Below, one piece after another: positions 28,358 through 39,054 of a DNA stretch of 61,180 nucleotides. Positions within the stretch are counted from its first letter, which is position 1; every line of letters begins with the position of its first letter. The stretch is from Burkholderiales bacterium (GTDB lineage: Bacteria > Pseudomonadota > Gammaproteobacteria > Burkholderiales > Casimicrobiaceae), in the NCBI GenBank assembly GCA_014378555.1, contig JACMNN010000029.1:1-61180 (forward strand). The letters run 5' to 3'. The notes under the pieces were generated by a model, which saw only the letters and a program-made list of their open reading frames with translations, was not told the origin of the DNA and did no database searches. The position numbers and the translations under genes are program-made.

Positions 28358-28621
28358 GTGGGAAAGATCATTTTCTGGATCATTGTTTTCTTTTTGGTGT
28401 TGCTCGCGCTGCGCCTGGTCTCCGTACATAAAACGCGCCAGGACGCGAAAGATCGCCGCGACGATGAGGCTCACCAAGCAAAAAACCAACGTGACGACAC
28501 GCCAGCCCAAGACACCATGATCAAGTGCGCGCGCTGCGCCGTGTTCGTGCCCAAATCCACGACGGTTTTGACGCCCACCGGATTGGCGTGTAACGACAGT
28601 GCCTGCCGCAATCGACGCTAG
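28358..28621 (+). CDS. PP0621-family protein
   Basis: N-terminal TM, MIKCARCAVFVP..ACxxxxC; located upstream of pilS. Confidence 0.75.
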   Translation: MGKIIFWIIVFFLVLLALRLVSVHKTRQDAKDRRDDEAHQAKNQRDDTPAQDTMIKCARCAVFVPKSTTVLTPTGLACNDSACRNRR

Positions 28622-30179
28622 CGCCACGCTGCCTGCAACCGGACTGGGCGGCACGGCACTGCGCCTGTTGCGCCTACTCGCTGCGTATCGTTGTGTAGCC
28701 GCCGTGGCGCTGACGCTGGCAAGCGCGGGTAGTCAGCTGACTTCGGTCAGCACCGCCACTGCCTTCGCCTACGCCGTGTGGGCGTTACTCAGCGTGCTGG
28801 CATTGCGGCAATTTAAAGGCGGCATGGCGGGCTTGTTGCTCGCGCAATTGACGACCGATTTGGTGTTCATCACCATTTTGTTCGTCGACACGCAGAATCC
28901 CGCAACGACCTACGCCACCTACCTGTACCCAATTCTCGCCGCACATGGCTGGTTTATGCGTGATCGCCTGGCGTTTGCTCACGCCGCGTTGGCGACGATC
29001 ACATTGCTGCTGGCGGAGCTGTTGATGCGCTCCGGCTCATTTCAGACGATGTCGCAAGCGGCACTGGTGGGGGCCGGTTATTTTTTGCTTACGGCGATCG
29101 GCGTTGTGCTCGGTCGCAGCGCTGAAGAGTCGGAACAAAAAGTGGTCTCGCGAACGGCCGACATTCGCCGTCTGGCACACATCAATCAAGTGGTCATCAG
29201 CGAACTAGACGATGGCGTGTTGGTGGTGGGCGCGTTAGGCCAGATTGTGATGGCTAATCCGCAGGCCACGCGCTGGTTGGGTGGCGATGAAGCGTTGATG
29301 AATTCAGACATGCAGTTGCGCGATTTGTCGATTGACCTGCATTCGCGGTGGCAGGCGTTTTTCGTGAGCAACTCAACAGTTGATATGTCGCCCATTCGAA
29401 CCCGTGATGGCGCGCGATTGTTGGCACCACGCATGATGCCGGTGGATCTCGAGCAACGCGCCGACACGCTGATTTTTCTTGAAGATATTGAGCAAGCGGA
29501 GTCCCAGGCGCAGCAGATCAAACTTGCCGCTCTAGGGCGTTTATCAGCCAGCATTGCCCACGAAATCCGCAATCCACTGTCAGCCATCAAACAGGCCGCG
29601 CAGCTGATCGGTGAAGAAGTCAATCACGGTGCTGAGGCACAGGCTTTAACGGCGATGATCGACAAAAATGTGCAGCGTATTGATCGCATCGTCCGGGATG
29701 TGTCGCTTCTCGGACGGCGTGATCGCGGCTCGCCCGCGCCGCTTGACATTAAGGCCGCCCTGCTCGAGTTGATCAACGAGCTTTGCGCTACCTTGTCAGC
29801 CCCCCGCACCGGATTTCGACTAACGCTGCCCGCTTCGGCAATGATCTACGTTGACCGCAGCCACTTCGATGAAATGCTGGTCAATCTGATGTCCAACGCA
29901 TGGCGACATTCCAAGAAGGCAACCGATAGTGTTTCGGTCACCGTCAGCATCAACGACCAGATGCAACGCGCTATTGTTGACGTGGTTGACGATGGCGCGG
30001 GTGTGCAGCGAGACATCACCGATCGAATTTTTGAACCGTTTTTTAGCGGCAGTGGTAGCACTGGACTTGGCTTGTATTTGGTGCGCGAGATGGCACTGGC
30101 TAACGGTGGTAGCGTGCGCCTTGGCGCATCGCAAAAGGGCGCACGATTTGTGCTCGAATTACCCCTCGTGCCCAAGTAA
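28599..30179 (+). CDS. pilS: PilS-like sensor histidine kinase
   Basis: About 6 TMs, KLAALGRLSASIAHEIRNPL, NAWRH, DDGAG, FEPFF, GTGLGLY-type G2 box. Confidence 0.8.
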   Translation: MPAAIDASATLPATGLGGTALRLLRLLAAYRCVAAVALTLASAGSQLTSVSTATAFAYAVWALLSVLALRQFKGGMAGLLLAQLTTDLVFITILFVDTQNPATTYATYLYPILAAHGWFMRDRLAFAHAALATITLLLAELLMRSGSFQTMSQAALVGAGYFLLTAIGVVLGRSAEESEQKVVSRTADIRRLAHINQVVISELDDGVLVVGALGQIVMANPQATRWLGGDEALMNSDMQLRDLSIDLHSRWQAFFVSNSTVDMSPIRTRDGARLLAPRMMPVDLEQRADTLIFLEDIEQAESQAQQIKLAALGRLSASIAHEIRNPLSAIKQAAQLIGEEVNHGAEAQALTAMIDKNVQRIDRIVRDVSLLGRRDRGSPAPLDIKAALLELINELCATLSAPRTGFRLTLPASAMIYVDRSHFDEMLVNLMSNAWRHSKKATDSVSVTVSINDQMQRAIVDVVDDGAGVQRDITDRIFEPFFSGSGSTGLGLYLVREMALANGGSVRLGASQKGARFVLELPLVPK

Positions 30180-30205
30180 AACGGTCAACCTATTTAAGGC
30201 AGCTC

Positions 30206-31603
30206 ATGGCAAAAAAACTGGAAGCCACGTCCCGTGTGTTGGTTATCGACGATGAACCGGATTTGCTCACGCTGATGCAGTTGACGTTGACCAAACTAGG
30301 TTTGGAAGTCGTCACCGCTGACTCGCGTCATAGTGCGCTTGATGCGCTGGATCGACACACCTTTGCGCTGTGTTTGACTGACATGCAGTTAGGCGACGGC
30401 ACTGGGCTCGACGTGCTCGCGGCGATTGCCGATCGAGGACTTGATTTGCCGTGCGCTGTGATCACCGCCTTCGGCAACGCCGACAACGCGGTAGCTGCGC
30501 TCAAAGCAGGCGCGTTCGATTACTTGGCTAAACCAGTGTCGCTCGATCAGCTCCGAACTTTGGTGAAGTCCGCCATCAAACTGCCTGAAAAGCGCAGCGC
30601 TCTTGCAAGTAACGCCAGCGCCTCGTCGGCGCCTACCTTGGTCGGCGAATCAGCCACCATCGATGCGCTGCGATTGCTTATTGGCAAGCTGGCCAACACG
30701 CTCACACCGGTGCATGTGTGTGGCGAATCGGGGACTGGCAAGGAGCTTGCCGCGCGAATTCTGCATGCGTCAGGCCCGCGTGCGGCAGGTCCCTTCGTTG
30801 CCGTAAACTGCGGCGCGATTCCTGAAAATTTGATGGAGAGCGAATTTTTTGGTTACCGCAAAGGCGCGTTTACCGGTGCGGAGAGTGATCGCGACGGGTT
30901 CTTTCAGGCAGCCTCTAACGGCACGTTGTTTCTAGATGAAGTCGCTGATTTGCCGCTAGCGTTGCAGGTCAAATTATTGCGCGCCATTCAGGAGAAGAAA
31001 GTCCGCAAGGTGGGTAATACGGTAGAGGACGCCATTGATGTGCGAATTGTTAGCGCCACCCATAAAAACCTTAGCGCGCTGGTGCAATCGGGCCACTTCC
31101 GGCAAGACCTTTTCTATCGCTTAAATGTGTTGCAGGTGACCATGCCGGCGCTGCGTGAAATCCCAACCGACATTCCCGTAATCGCATCGCGCACACTTGC
31201 ACGGATCACCGGCGGCGCGCCCACCACCCTTAGCTCCGGCGCTCTCATCGCTTTGGCGCGCTACCCTTTTCCAGGCAACGTGCGCGAGCTTGAAAACGTG
31301 CTCGAACGTGCCGTGGCGCTTGCCGAAAATCCATCAAAAATTGAAGCGGCGGATTTGCGCCTGACGGTCGACGACAACCCGGTCACTCAGGCGGCCGCCA
31401 CTGGCACACCTGCTGGTGCAGGCACGCTCTCTGGTCGCACACCATTGCAAGATTTTCTCGATCGTAGTGAACGTGAAACACTCGAGCTTGCACTTGCACA
31501 AACCCGCGGCAACCGCACCCAAGCCGCCAAATTACTCGGTATCACGTTTCGCTCGATGCGTTACCGATTAGAGCGACTGGGAATGGAACCTGATGAGCTC
31601 TAA
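30206..31603 (+). CDS. pilR: PilR-like sigma54-dependent response regulator
   Basis: REC domain, GESGTGKE, GAFTGA, Fis HTH LGITFRSMRYRL. Confidence 0.85.
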   Translation: MAKKLEATSRVLVIDDEPDLLTLMQLTLTKLGLEVVTADSRHSALDALDRHTFALCLTDMQLGDGTGLDVLAAIADRGLDLPCAVITAFGNADNAVAALKAGAFDYLAKPVSLDQLRTLVKSAIKLPEKRSALASNASASSAPTLVGESATIDALRLLIGKLANTLTPVHVCGESGTGKELAARILHASGPRAAGPFVAVNCGAIPENLMESEFFGYRKGAFTGAESDRDGFFQAASNGTLFLDEVADLPLALQVKLLRAIQEKKVRKVGNTVEDAIDVRIVSATHKNLSALVQSGHFRQDLFYRLNVLQVTMPALREIPTDIPVIASRTLARITGGAPTTLSSGALIALARYPFPGNVRELENVLERAVALAENPSKIEAADLRLTVDDNPVTQAAATGTPAGAGTLSGRTPLQDFLDRSERETLELALAQTRGNRTQAAKLLGITFRSMRYRLERLGMEPDEL

Positions 31604-32141
31604 CGCTGGCTTCAGCGCTGGTTGGTGGACAGCTGCCGAGCGCCGCGCCAGCCCCAACTTTGACCCGCGTCCTGATGCGCTTGCCACCGATTTGGTGGTG
31701 CTGCATCACATCAGTTTGCCGGCCGGTCAATTTACTGGAAACGCCGTCGCAGATTTCTTCGAAAACCGACTAGATGTTGTGCAGCATCCGCAGCTCGTGG
31801 AATTAACCGAAATTCACGTTTCGGCACATTTTTTTGTGCGCCGTGACGGCGCTACCTTGCAGTTTGTAAGCTGCAATGACCGAGCGTGGCATGCAGGCGT
31901 GTCGAAGTGGCGTGGACGTGCTGGTTGCAACGATTTTTCGATCGGTATTGAAATGGAAGGCGACGACAAAGCCGCCTTTTCTCAACAGCAATACACGGCG
32001 TTGAACGAGTTGCTTGCAGCGCTGAAATTCGAATACCCGATTAAAGCCGTGACCACACACAGCGAGATTGCTCCCGGACGCAAAATCGATCCTGGCCCCA
32101 CATTCGACTGGTCGCGGTTAGAGCATCACTGGAATGTGTAA
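31593..32141 (+). CDS. ampD: 1,6-anhydro-N-acetylmuramyl-L-alanine amidase
   Basis: SPNFD, HHISLP, VSAHF, RAWHAGVS, CNDFSIGIE, HSEIAPGRKIDPG. Confidence 0.95.
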   Translation: MSSNAGFSAGWWTAAERRASPNFDPRPDALATDLVVLHHISLPAGQFTGNAVADFFENRLDVVQHPQLVELTEIHVSAHFFVRRDGATLQFVSCNDRAWHAGVSKWRGRAGCNDFSIGIEMEGDDKAAFSQQQYTALNELLAALKFEYPIKAVTTHSEIAPGRKIDPGPTFDWSRLEHHWNV

Positions 32142-32156
32142 AGTCGAGGTCAAGCA

Positions 32157-33194
32157 ATGAGTGACACCGCAGCCTCGAAAGCAAGCGTCCTCGAACTCAA
32201 ACCCGAGGGGCTGTACTGCGCTGCAGGAGACTTCTACATTGATCCGTGGCGACCAGTTGCCCGTGCGGTAATCACTCATGCCCACGCCGACCATGCGCGG
32301 CCCGGCATGCAGCACTATTTGGTGAGTAACGCAGGCATGCCGCTGTACCGCGCCCGACTGGGCCATGGTGCATCGCTGCAAGGTATCAACTACGGTGAGA
32401 CGATTACGCTGGGCAACGCAAAGGTGTCGCTGCATCCAGCAGGGCACGTATTAGGTTCAGCGCAAGTGCGCGTCGAAACCACCGATGGAGTGTGGGTCGC
32501 AAGCGGCGACTACAAACTCGGATTCGATCCCACCTGCTCGCCATTCGAGCCGGTACGGTGTGACACCTTCATTACCGAGTCCACATTTGGCCTGCCTGTT
32601 TTTCGTTGGCAAAGCACCACCGAAATTTGGGCGGAGATTATCAATTGGTGGCAGGGCAACGCGGACGCTGGACGCGCCAGCGTGCTCTATTGCTACTCAC
32701 TCGGCAAAGCGCAACGGGTGCTTGCGGGGATGACCACCGACATAGGCCCGATTATTTCGCACGGCGCCGTGGCAAAGTTAAATGAAGCCTACGCAGAAGC
32801 CGGCGTTGCGTTGCCCGTAACGCAAATGGTCTCCGATGCGCCGGACAAAGCGGGTCTGCGCCGAGCGCTAGTTTTAGCGCCACCGGGCGCGGCCGGCAGC
32901 TCGTGGCTTAAGCGCTTTGAACCCTACACCGACGCCTTTGCATCAGGCTGGATGGCAGTGCGCGGCATGCGTCGGCGGCGCGGTTGCGATACCGGTTTTG
33001 TGCTGTCTGATCATGCCGATTGGTCCGAGCTTTTAACCGCGATTAAAGCCAGCGGTGCCGAACGCGTTTTGGTAACTCACGGCTACGTGGATGAACTGGT
33101 TCATCACCTGCGCGATATCGGATTGGTTGCCGATGGCTTGGCAACCGAGTTTGGTGCGGAAGAAGACAGCGCCGTGAGTTTGGTCGCGGCGTAG
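32157..33194 (+). CDS. Ligase-associated DNA damage response exonuclease (MBL/beta-CASP)
   Basis: IDPWRPV, THAHADH, PAGHVLGS, SGDYK, TESTFGLP, YSLGKAQR, SDHADW, VTHG. Confidence 0.88.
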   Translation: MSDTAASKASVLELKPEGLYCAAGDFYIDPWRPVARAVITHAHADHARPGMQHYLVSNAGMPLYRARLGHGASLQGINYGETITLGNAKVSLHPAGHVLGSAQVRVETTDGVWVASGDYKLGFDPTCSPFEPVRCDTFITESTFGLPVFRWQSTTEIWAEIINWWQGNADAGRASVLYCYSLGKAQRVLAGMTTDIGPIISHGAVAKLNEAYAEAGVALPVTQMVSDAPDKAGLRRALVLAPPGAAGSSWLKRFEPYTDAFASGWMAVRGMRRRRGCDTGFVLSDHADWSELLTAIKASGAERVLVTHGYVDELVHHLRDIGLVADGLATEFGAEEDSAVSLVAA

Positions 33195-33333
33195 CTGGGT
33201 CGCGGAATGGCGTGATTTACCTCCAACTTGACGACGTCCGACGTGGTGCGATAAGCCCATAACGAAGACGGCGTAAACGACCCTGCTTGGCAGAACCATT
33301 TACGCCGACATAAACAACTATTTCAGCGAATAG

Positions 33334-33759
33334 TTAGACCAGCGTCACCGTGACATCGATGTTGCCGCGCGTTGCGTTTGAATACGGGCAAACGATGTGG
33401 GCTTTGTCGACAAGACCTTGTGCAACTTCGCGATCCACGCCGGGGATGTTTACGGTCAGCGCAACTTCGATGCCAAAACCGGTGGGGATGGGGCCGATGC
33501 CGACATTGCCAGTGATGGTGGTGGTTGCGGGCAGCGCGACTTTGGCGGCGCCGGCAACGTATTTCAACGCGCCGAGAAAGCAGGCACTGTAGCCAGCTGC
33601 GAACAATTGCTCAGGATTGGTGCCTGGCAGACCGTTGCCGCCGAGCTCTTTGGGCGTGGTCAATTTGGAGTCGAGAATGCCGTCGGATGAACGCGCAGTG
33701 CCTTCGCGACCACCGGTGGCGGTGGCTTCGGCGCGGTATAAAACTTTTTCGATAGACAT
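33334..33759 (-). CDS. ohr: Organic hydroperoxide resistance protein
   Basis: [31 protein letters not shown]. Confidence 0.96.
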   Translation of the reverse strand: MSIEKVLYRAEATATGGREGTARSSDGILDSKLTTPKELGGNGLPGTNPEQLFAAGYSACFLGALKYVAGAAKVALPATTTITGNVGIGPIPTGFGIEVALTVNIPGVDREVAQGLVDKAHIVCPYSNATRGNIDVTVTLV

Positions 33760-33773
33760 AGTAATTTCTTTGG

Positions 33774-34298
33774 TTAATTGCCTGGAGTGTGTTCGGCAGT
33801 GGGGGTTGGGTTTGGGTTTGGGGAGACTGAATGATTTGCTGCAGTCGCTCTGGTTTGCGTGTTGGCTACCAGTTCATCGCGCAGCGTTTTGAGTTGGCTG
33901 GTGAGCGATTCAAGTTGCGGGATTTGCAAGCCTGTGAGCTGCAAGATGCACAGTGGCAGCGGTTCGGCACGAGCCTGTAGAAGCTTGCCAGCGGCCGTCA
34001 ATGAAATTTCTACGTTACGTTCGTCGTGCTCGCAGCGATTGCGATCGATAAGACCCATGACTTGCAGCCGCTTCGCCAATGGCGTCAAGGTGCCCGAGTC
34101 CAGATTGAGCCGGGCTCCCAGCTCACCTACACCGAGCGGGCTGTGTTGCCAGAGCGCAAGCATCACTAAATATTGCGGGTAAGTGATGCCCAGTTCCGCC
34201 AACAGCGGTTTGTACGCCTTGGTCATCGCCAGCGAGGACGAATACAGCGCGAAGCACAACTGCCGGTCCAAGTTAAGCAATGAGGTGGGTGTAACCAT
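33774..34298 (-). CDS. ohrR: OhrR MarR-family regulator
   Basis: [33 protein letters not shown]; adjacent to ohr. Confidence 0.9.
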   Translation of the reverse strand: MVTPTSLLNLDRQLCFALYSSSLAMTKAYKPLLAELGITYPQYLVMLALWQHSPLGVGELGARLNLDSGTLTPLAKRLQVMGLIDRNRCEHDERNVEISLTAAGKLLQARAEPLPLCILQLTGLQIPQLESLTSQLKTLRDELVANTQTRATAANHSVSPNPNPTPTAEHTPGN

Positions 34299-34363
34299 AT
34301 TTGTTGACGGCGCCGTTTGGTGGTCAGAAGAAAAACTGATTCAATAATGATAATATACAGCAC

Positions 34364-34391
34364 ACAATTTAATTGTCAACAATATAATTGG
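34364..34391. promoter_or_regulatory. Tandem OhrR operator boxes
   Basis: ACAATTTAATTGT (34364-34376) and ACAATATAATTGG (34379-34391) upstream of ohrR-ohr. Confidence 0.7.
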
Positions 34392-34438
34392 CTAACCAAT
34401 GTTCGTGCAGTGATCACGCGCCTGAATACAATCTCGCC

Positions 34439-34987
34439 ATGCAATTTCTCCTTGAATACGCGCCGATCATCTTGTTTTTCGTCGCATACAAACTTAAAGA
34501 CATATATTTCGCCACCGCTGTGGCCATTGCGGCGTCAGTGCTCGCGATTGCCTACGCTTGCTTGGTGAGCAAAAAGGTGAGCACGATGCAATGGCTATCG
34601 CTCGTCATCATCGTTGTCTTTGGTGGCGCCACTCTGCTGCTTCACGACGAAACGTTTATTAAGTGGAAGCCCTCCGCGCTGTATGGCGCATTTGCATTGA
34701 CGCTGCTGTTCGGCAAAGTAGTTTTGAAGCGAAACTGGATTCAGGTGATTTTCAAGCAGGCACACATTCAAGCGCCCGACGCGCTTTGGGGCAGATTGAC
34801 TTGGGCGTGGATCGCATTTTTTGTGTTTATGGCAACGCTTAACGGCTACGTAGCCAGCAATTTCACGCTTGATGCGTGGGTCAACTTTAAGGTGTGGTGG
34901 GCGATGGGCTTGTTTCTCGCCTTCACCATCGGTAACGTGGCGTTGCTCGCAAAGTACATGCAAGAAAGCGAGCCAGACGCGAAATGA
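34439..34987 (+). CDS. yciB: Inner membrane septation protein YciB/IspZ
   Basis: VFGGATLLLHDETFIKWKP, WVNFK. Confidence 0.92.
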   Translation: MQFLLEYAPIILFFVAYKLKDIYFATAVAIAASVLAIAYACLVSKKVSTMQWLSLVIIVVFGGATLLLHDETFIKWKPSALYGAFALTLLFGKVVLKRNWIQVIFKQAHIQAPDALWGRLTWAWIAFFVFMATLNGYVASNFTLDAWVNFKVWWAMGLFLAFTIGNVALLAKYMQESEPDAK

Positions 34988-35247
34988 GCGCTTTGGTGCA
35001 ACTCCTCGAATCGCGCCTCGCCCCGCTTGCGCCAACGCTACTCGAAATCTCTGATGATTCGTCGCAACACGCTGGACACGCCGGCAACACGGGCGGCGGG
35101 CACTTATCAGCGAAAATCGTGTCCAATTGTTTTTTTGGGCTTTCCACCGTTGCTCGACATCGCGCGGTTTACTCGTTGGTTGCTGATTTGATGCCACACA
35201 CGATCCACGCGCTGTCGTTGACGGTCAAGACACCCGAAGAACTTTAA
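34984..35247 (+). CDS. bolA: BolA-family protein
   Basis: DDSSQHAGH, ARHRAVY, IHALSL. Confidence 0.9.
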   Translation: MSALVQLLESRLAPLAPTLLEISDDSSQHAGHAGNTGGGHLSAKIVSNCFFGLSTVARHRAVYSLVADLMPHTIHALSLTVKTPEEL

Positions 35248-35292
35248 TTTACTAAGCTCGTAGCCACAAAAAACACCGCTAATAAACAGGAA

Positions 35293-36138
35293 ATGAAGAT
35301 GCAATTACGTAACTCACTCGCGGCAGCCCTATTGGTTGCGCTTTCCAGCACGGTAGCTATTGCGCAGGCACCGGCAAAAAAATCCGCAGTACCCGCCGCA
35401 ACCGCCGCACCGGCAGCCGCAGCCGCCACGCCCGCAAAAACCGGCGATATCACTGTGCCGCAAAGCCAACTCGACCTGATCGTAAAAGAACGCGTTGCAC
35501 AGGGCCAGGCAGACACGCCTGAGTTGCGCGCATTTTTGCGCGATGAGTTGGTAAACCGTGAACTGTTCATTCGCGCAGCGAAAGCCAAAGGGCTAGACCG
35601 CGATGCGTCAATGAAAACGCAGATGCAAGTGGCCGCCGACTCGATTTTGATTCGCGCCTACCTGAACGACTACATGGGCGCCAACGGCGTGACCGACGAA
35701 GCGTTGAAAAAAGAATACGACGTCATCAAAGCGGGTTTGGGCGACAAAGAATATCGCGCACGGCACATTCTGGTTGAGAAAAAAGAAGATGCAGAAGCGT
35801 TAATCAAGCAGCTTCAGTCAGGCTCAAAATTTGACGAATTGGCCAAAGCTAATTCGAAAGACCCCGGTTCGAAAGACAACGGCGGCGATCTTGACTGGGC
35901 AGTTCCATCCAACTATGTCAAGCCATTCGCTGATGCGTTAGTTGCGTTGCAAAAAGGCAATTACACGCCAACACCGGTGCAAAGCCCGTTTGGTTTCCAC
36001 GTCATTCTGCTTGAAGACACGCGTGAAGCAAAAGCGCCATCGTTTGAAGAGGTCAAAGCCCAACTGACGCAGCGCTTGCAAGGCCAAGTGGTTGAACGTC
36101 ATTTGATTGAGCTGCGCGCCAAAGCGGGCATTAAGTAA
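35293..36138 (+). CDS. Parvulin-type periplasmic peptidyl-prolyl isomerase
   Basis: Signal peptide; ARHILV, FDELAK..SKDPGS..NGGDLDW, SPFGFHVI. Confidence 0.92.
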   Translation: MKMQLRNSLAAALLVALSSTVAIAQAPAKKSAVPAATAAPAAAAATPAKTGDITVPQSQLDLIVKERVAQGQADTPELRAFLRDELVNRELFIRAAKAKGLDRDASMKTQMQVAADSILIRAYLNDYMGANGVTDEALKKEYDVIKAGLGDKEYRARHILVEKKEDAEALIKQLQSGSKFDELAKANSKDPGSKDNGGDLDWAVPSNYVKPFADALVALQKGNYTPTPVQSPFGFHVILLEDTREAKAPSFEEVKAQLTQRLQGQVVERHLIELRAKAGIK

Positions 36139-36162
36139 TCAAGACGGCAACGCGCGTTAACT

Positions 36163-36185
36163 AAGCCACCTTCGGGTGGCTTTTT
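36163..36185 (+). terminator. Rho-independent terminator
   Basis: AAGCCACC-TTCG-GGTGGC-TTTTT. Confidence 0.9.
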
Positions 36186-36220
36186 ACTTAAAAAAACACC
36201 GACTCATCCCTTTTCTCTCG

Positions 36221-36269
36221 CCGTTCCGCCCTAGCCTTCGCCGGGGTGACTGCAGGCCGGGGCGGAAGG
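36221..36269. repeat. Degenerate CGTC-type REP hairpin related to the cargo at 48390
   Basis: GCCTTCGCCGGGGTG is the reverse complement of CACCCCGGCGAAGGC at ~48393; TGCAG(G/A)CCGGGGCGG is shared with ~48476. Confidence 0.5.
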
Positions 36270-36373
36270 ACCAACATAGGGAATAACCCTGCGTTTTTTA
36301 GCGGAAACAGGACAGACAAGCGACAGAAGAATGCACCATAATTCGTAGATAACTACTTGGGAGGAGATTTAAC

Positions 36374-36835
36374 TTGAATGGGTTTTTAAAGAATAAAGAC
36401 TTGCTGGCAGGATTAATGTTTATCGCCATTGGCGTGACGTTCTGGTACGGGGCAAGCAACTATCAGATGGGCACCGCAGCGCGCATGGGACCGGGTTGGT
36501 TTCCAAGCGTGCTTGGCGCAATCATGACCTTTCTCGGGGTCCTCATTGCGGGTATCGGGTTGAAAAATCAGGCGGCTTGGGCGCGAACCGAAGGCATCGG
36601 CTGGACGTGGCGGCCGGTCGTTATTTTGACCATTGCCGTGGTGCTTTTTGGCGCAGTATTGCAACCGCTCGGCATGGTATTCGCGATCATCCTGTTGACC
36701 TTCATTTCGGGCATTGCTGCCCACGATAAGGACTACAAACAACTCGCGATCATCACCGTGACCATGTGCCTGCTGTGCGCTGGCGTCTTTGTCTGGGGCT
36801 TGAAGCTTCAGATGAAACTTTTCCCTTGGAGCTAA
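36374..36835 (+). CDS. tctB: Tripartite tricarboxylate transporter small subunit
   Basis: GTAARMGPGWFP, 4-5 TMs, upstream of tctA. Confidence 0.88.
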   Translation: MNGFLKNKDLLAGLMFIAIGVTFWYGASNYQMGTAARMGPGWFPSVLGAIMTFLGVLIAGIGLKNQAAWARTEGIGWTWRPVVILTIAVVLFGAVLQPLGMVFAIILLTFISGIAAHDKDYKQLAIITVTMCLLCAGVFVWGLKLQMKLFPWS

Positions 36836-36844
36836 GAGAACGCT

Positions 36845-38353
36845 ATGGATTTAATTAACAATCTCTCGCTCGGCTTCGGCGTTGCGCTGACGTTCACCAA
36901 TCTTCTCTACGCGTTCATCGGTTGCCTACTCGGCACGTTGATTGGCGTGTTGCCCGGCATCGGCCCAGTCGCGACTATCGCGATGTTGCTGCCAACCACC
37001 TACGCTCTGCCACCGGTGTCAGCCCTGATCATGCTGGCCGGCATTTATTACGGCGCGCAGTATGGTGGATCGACTACAGCCATTCTGGTGAACCTTCCAG
37101 GCGAATCATCGTCCGTGGTGACCGCCCTAGATGGATACCAAATGGCTCGACAGGGCCGCGCAGGTGCCGCGTTGGGAATCGCTGCTATCGGCTCGTTCAT
37201 CGCGGGTTCGTTCTCAACGTTGTTGGTCGCCGCTTTCGCGCCACCGCTGTCAGAAGCCGCGTTGAAATTCGGCCCAGCCGACTACTTCTCGCTAATGGTA
37301 TTGGGCTTGATCGCAGCCATCGTGCTCGCGCACGGTTCAGTGCTCAAAGCTATCGCCATGATCATCCTTGGCGTGGTTATGGGTTTGGTCGGAACGGACG
37401 TCAACTCCGGCGTAGCTCGCTACAGCTTTGATGTGCCAGAACTCACTGACGGAATCGGTTTCGTGGGTGTTGCCATGGGCATATTTGGTATCGGTGAGAT
37501 TCTGATCAATCTGGAAAAAGGCGAATCGCGCGAAGTGTTCACCGCAAAGGTCGGAAGATTGCTGCCCACGGCGCAGGACTTCAAAGACACTTGGGGGGCG
37601 ATCACCCGCGGCACGTTGCTGGGCTCGGTGCTCGGTATTCTTCCAGGCGGCGGCGCGCTTCTGGCGTCATTTGCCTCCTATTCGTTCGAGAAAAAATGGG
37701 CTGGTAAAGACGCCAACCCACCGTTTGGCAAAGGCAACATCCGTGGCGTCGCAGCGCCGGAGTCCGCTAACAACGCTGGCGCACAAACGTCCTTCATTCC
37801 GTTGCTCACGCTTGGCATTCCGCCTAACGCGGTAATGGCGTTAATGGTCGGCGCGATGACGATTCACAACATTCAGCCGGGCCCCCAGGTCATCACATCC
37901 AACCCACAATTATTCTGGGGTCTTATCGCCTCAATGTGGGTCGGCAACGCGATGCTGGTGGTTTTGAATTTGCCGCTGATTGGCATGTGGGTTCAGTTGT
38001 TGAAGATCCCGTATCGCCTTCTCTACCCGATGATTTTGGTGTTCTGCTGCATCGGTGTGTACACCGTAAACAACACCACCTTCGACGTGTGGATCATCGC
38101 GGCGTTTGGCGTCATTGGTTACATCTTTGCCAAGCTTGAATGCGAAGCAGCCCCTCTGCTGCTCGGCTTCATTCTCGGGCCGATGATGGAAGAGAACTTG
38201 CGACGTGCGCTGCTGCTCTCGCGCGGTAGCCCAAGCGTGTTTTGGGAGCGTCCGATCAGTGCCGTAATGCTGTTCCTGTCGGTCGTTCTGCTGGTCATTC
38301 TGGCGCTGCCAGCGATCCGCAAGAAGCGCGACGAGACCTTCGTCGAAGAGTGA
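36845..38353 (+). CDS. tctA: Tripartite tricarboxylate transporter permease
   Basis: [30 protein letters not shown]. Confidence 0.93.
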   Translation: MDLINNLSLGFGVALTFTNLLYAFIGCLLGTLIGVLPGIGPVATIAMLLPTTYALPPVSALIMLAGIYYGAQYGGSTTAILVNLPGESSSVVTALDGYQMARQGRAGAALGIAAIGSFIAGSFSTLLVAAFAPPLSEAALKFGPADYFSLMVLGLIAAIVLAHGSVLKAIAMIILGVVMGLVGTDVNSGVARYSFDVPELTDGIGFVGVAMGIFGIGEILINLEKGESREVFTAKVGRLLPTAQDFKDTWGAITRGTLLGSVLGILPGGGALLASFASYSFEKKWAGKDANPPFGKGNIRGVAAPESANNAGAQTSFIPLLTLGIPPNAVMALMVGAMTIHNIQPGPQVITSNPQLFWGLIASMWVGNAMLVVLNLPLIGMWVQLLKIPYRLLYPMILVFCCIGVYTVNNTTFDVWIIAAFGVIGYIFAKLECEAAPLLLGFILGPMMEENLRRALLLSRGSPSVFWERPISAVMLFLSVVLLVILALPAIRKKRDETFVEE

Positions 38354-38377
38354 TCAATCGATCCTTCGGGAACGTAG

Positions 38378-38405
38378 AAACGGGCACCTTGGTGCCCGTT
38401 TTTTT
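38378..38405 (+). terminator. Rho-independent terminator
   Basis: AAACGGGCAC-CTTG-GTGCCCG-TTTTTTT. Confidence 0.9.
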
Positions 38406-38528
38406 ATGTGCGTAACGACCATTAACTGTCGGTGAGTTATCGCCCGAAAACCGTTTGGTCGGGACTCGACATTTTCTCGTGACGCGTCACAAACCTATAC
38501 GGCTTAGACCCGCACACGTAATCGCGGC

Positions 38529-38554
38529 GTCGCTCCGCCTAGGGGGCGAGCTAC
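38529..38554 (-). repeat. Degenerate GTAG-type REP
   Basis: Minus strand reads GTAGCTCGCCCCCTAGGCGGAGCGAC. Confidence 0.4.
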
Positions 38555-38572
38555 TCGATTAGCGGTTCATTA

Positions 38573-38716
38573 AGCACACGCAGATTAGTGTCATCCCGAG
38601 CGCGGCGAAGGATCAGTTCGCATGCGAGGACGGTTGTAAGTCATTGAAAACATTGCGTGGCACATCGTCCTTCGCTTCTCGCTCAGGATGACCCGTTGAT
38701 AAATCCGTGTTTCCGC
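38573..38716. mobile_element. MITE-like element (copy 2)
   Basis: TA|AGCACACGCAGATT ... AATCCGTGTTTCCGC|TA, with the same REP core and spacer as copies 1 and 3. Confidence 0.75.
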
Positions 38717-39054
38717 TAACGCTACACTTACCGCGGGCTGCCCCATGAAGTCGCGCTTTTTGACCCGTGCGGACGGGCGAGATCAGCCATTCGGTTAGCA
38801 GCGCATGACTACATCGGCGGTTCGGAACGCGCCGGCGCCGTTAGCGACGCGGCAAACTCACGCGCGCCCGCAAGCGCGCCCCGAGTTTTTTTGATCAAGC
38901 CGGCTGCTGAAACCGCAAGCGACGCCGCGCTCGGTCATGTGTTCCGCAAATGCAACGCTGCTGCAGGCCTCATGATGCCGCGACCAAAAATCCAACGCTT
39001 ATAAGGAGCCTTTTGCGTTGTGCTTACGCGGTCGCAGCGTGGGCCGCGGGTCAA

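Noticed and set aside
33800-33822. GGGTTT repeat at the 3' end of ohrR
   Set aside because: A short in-frame low-complexity tail (PNPNPTP) with no evident function.
38720-39050. Possible pseudogene between the MITE and the HpcH aldolase
   Set aside because: The frames I translated gave no recognisable peptide.
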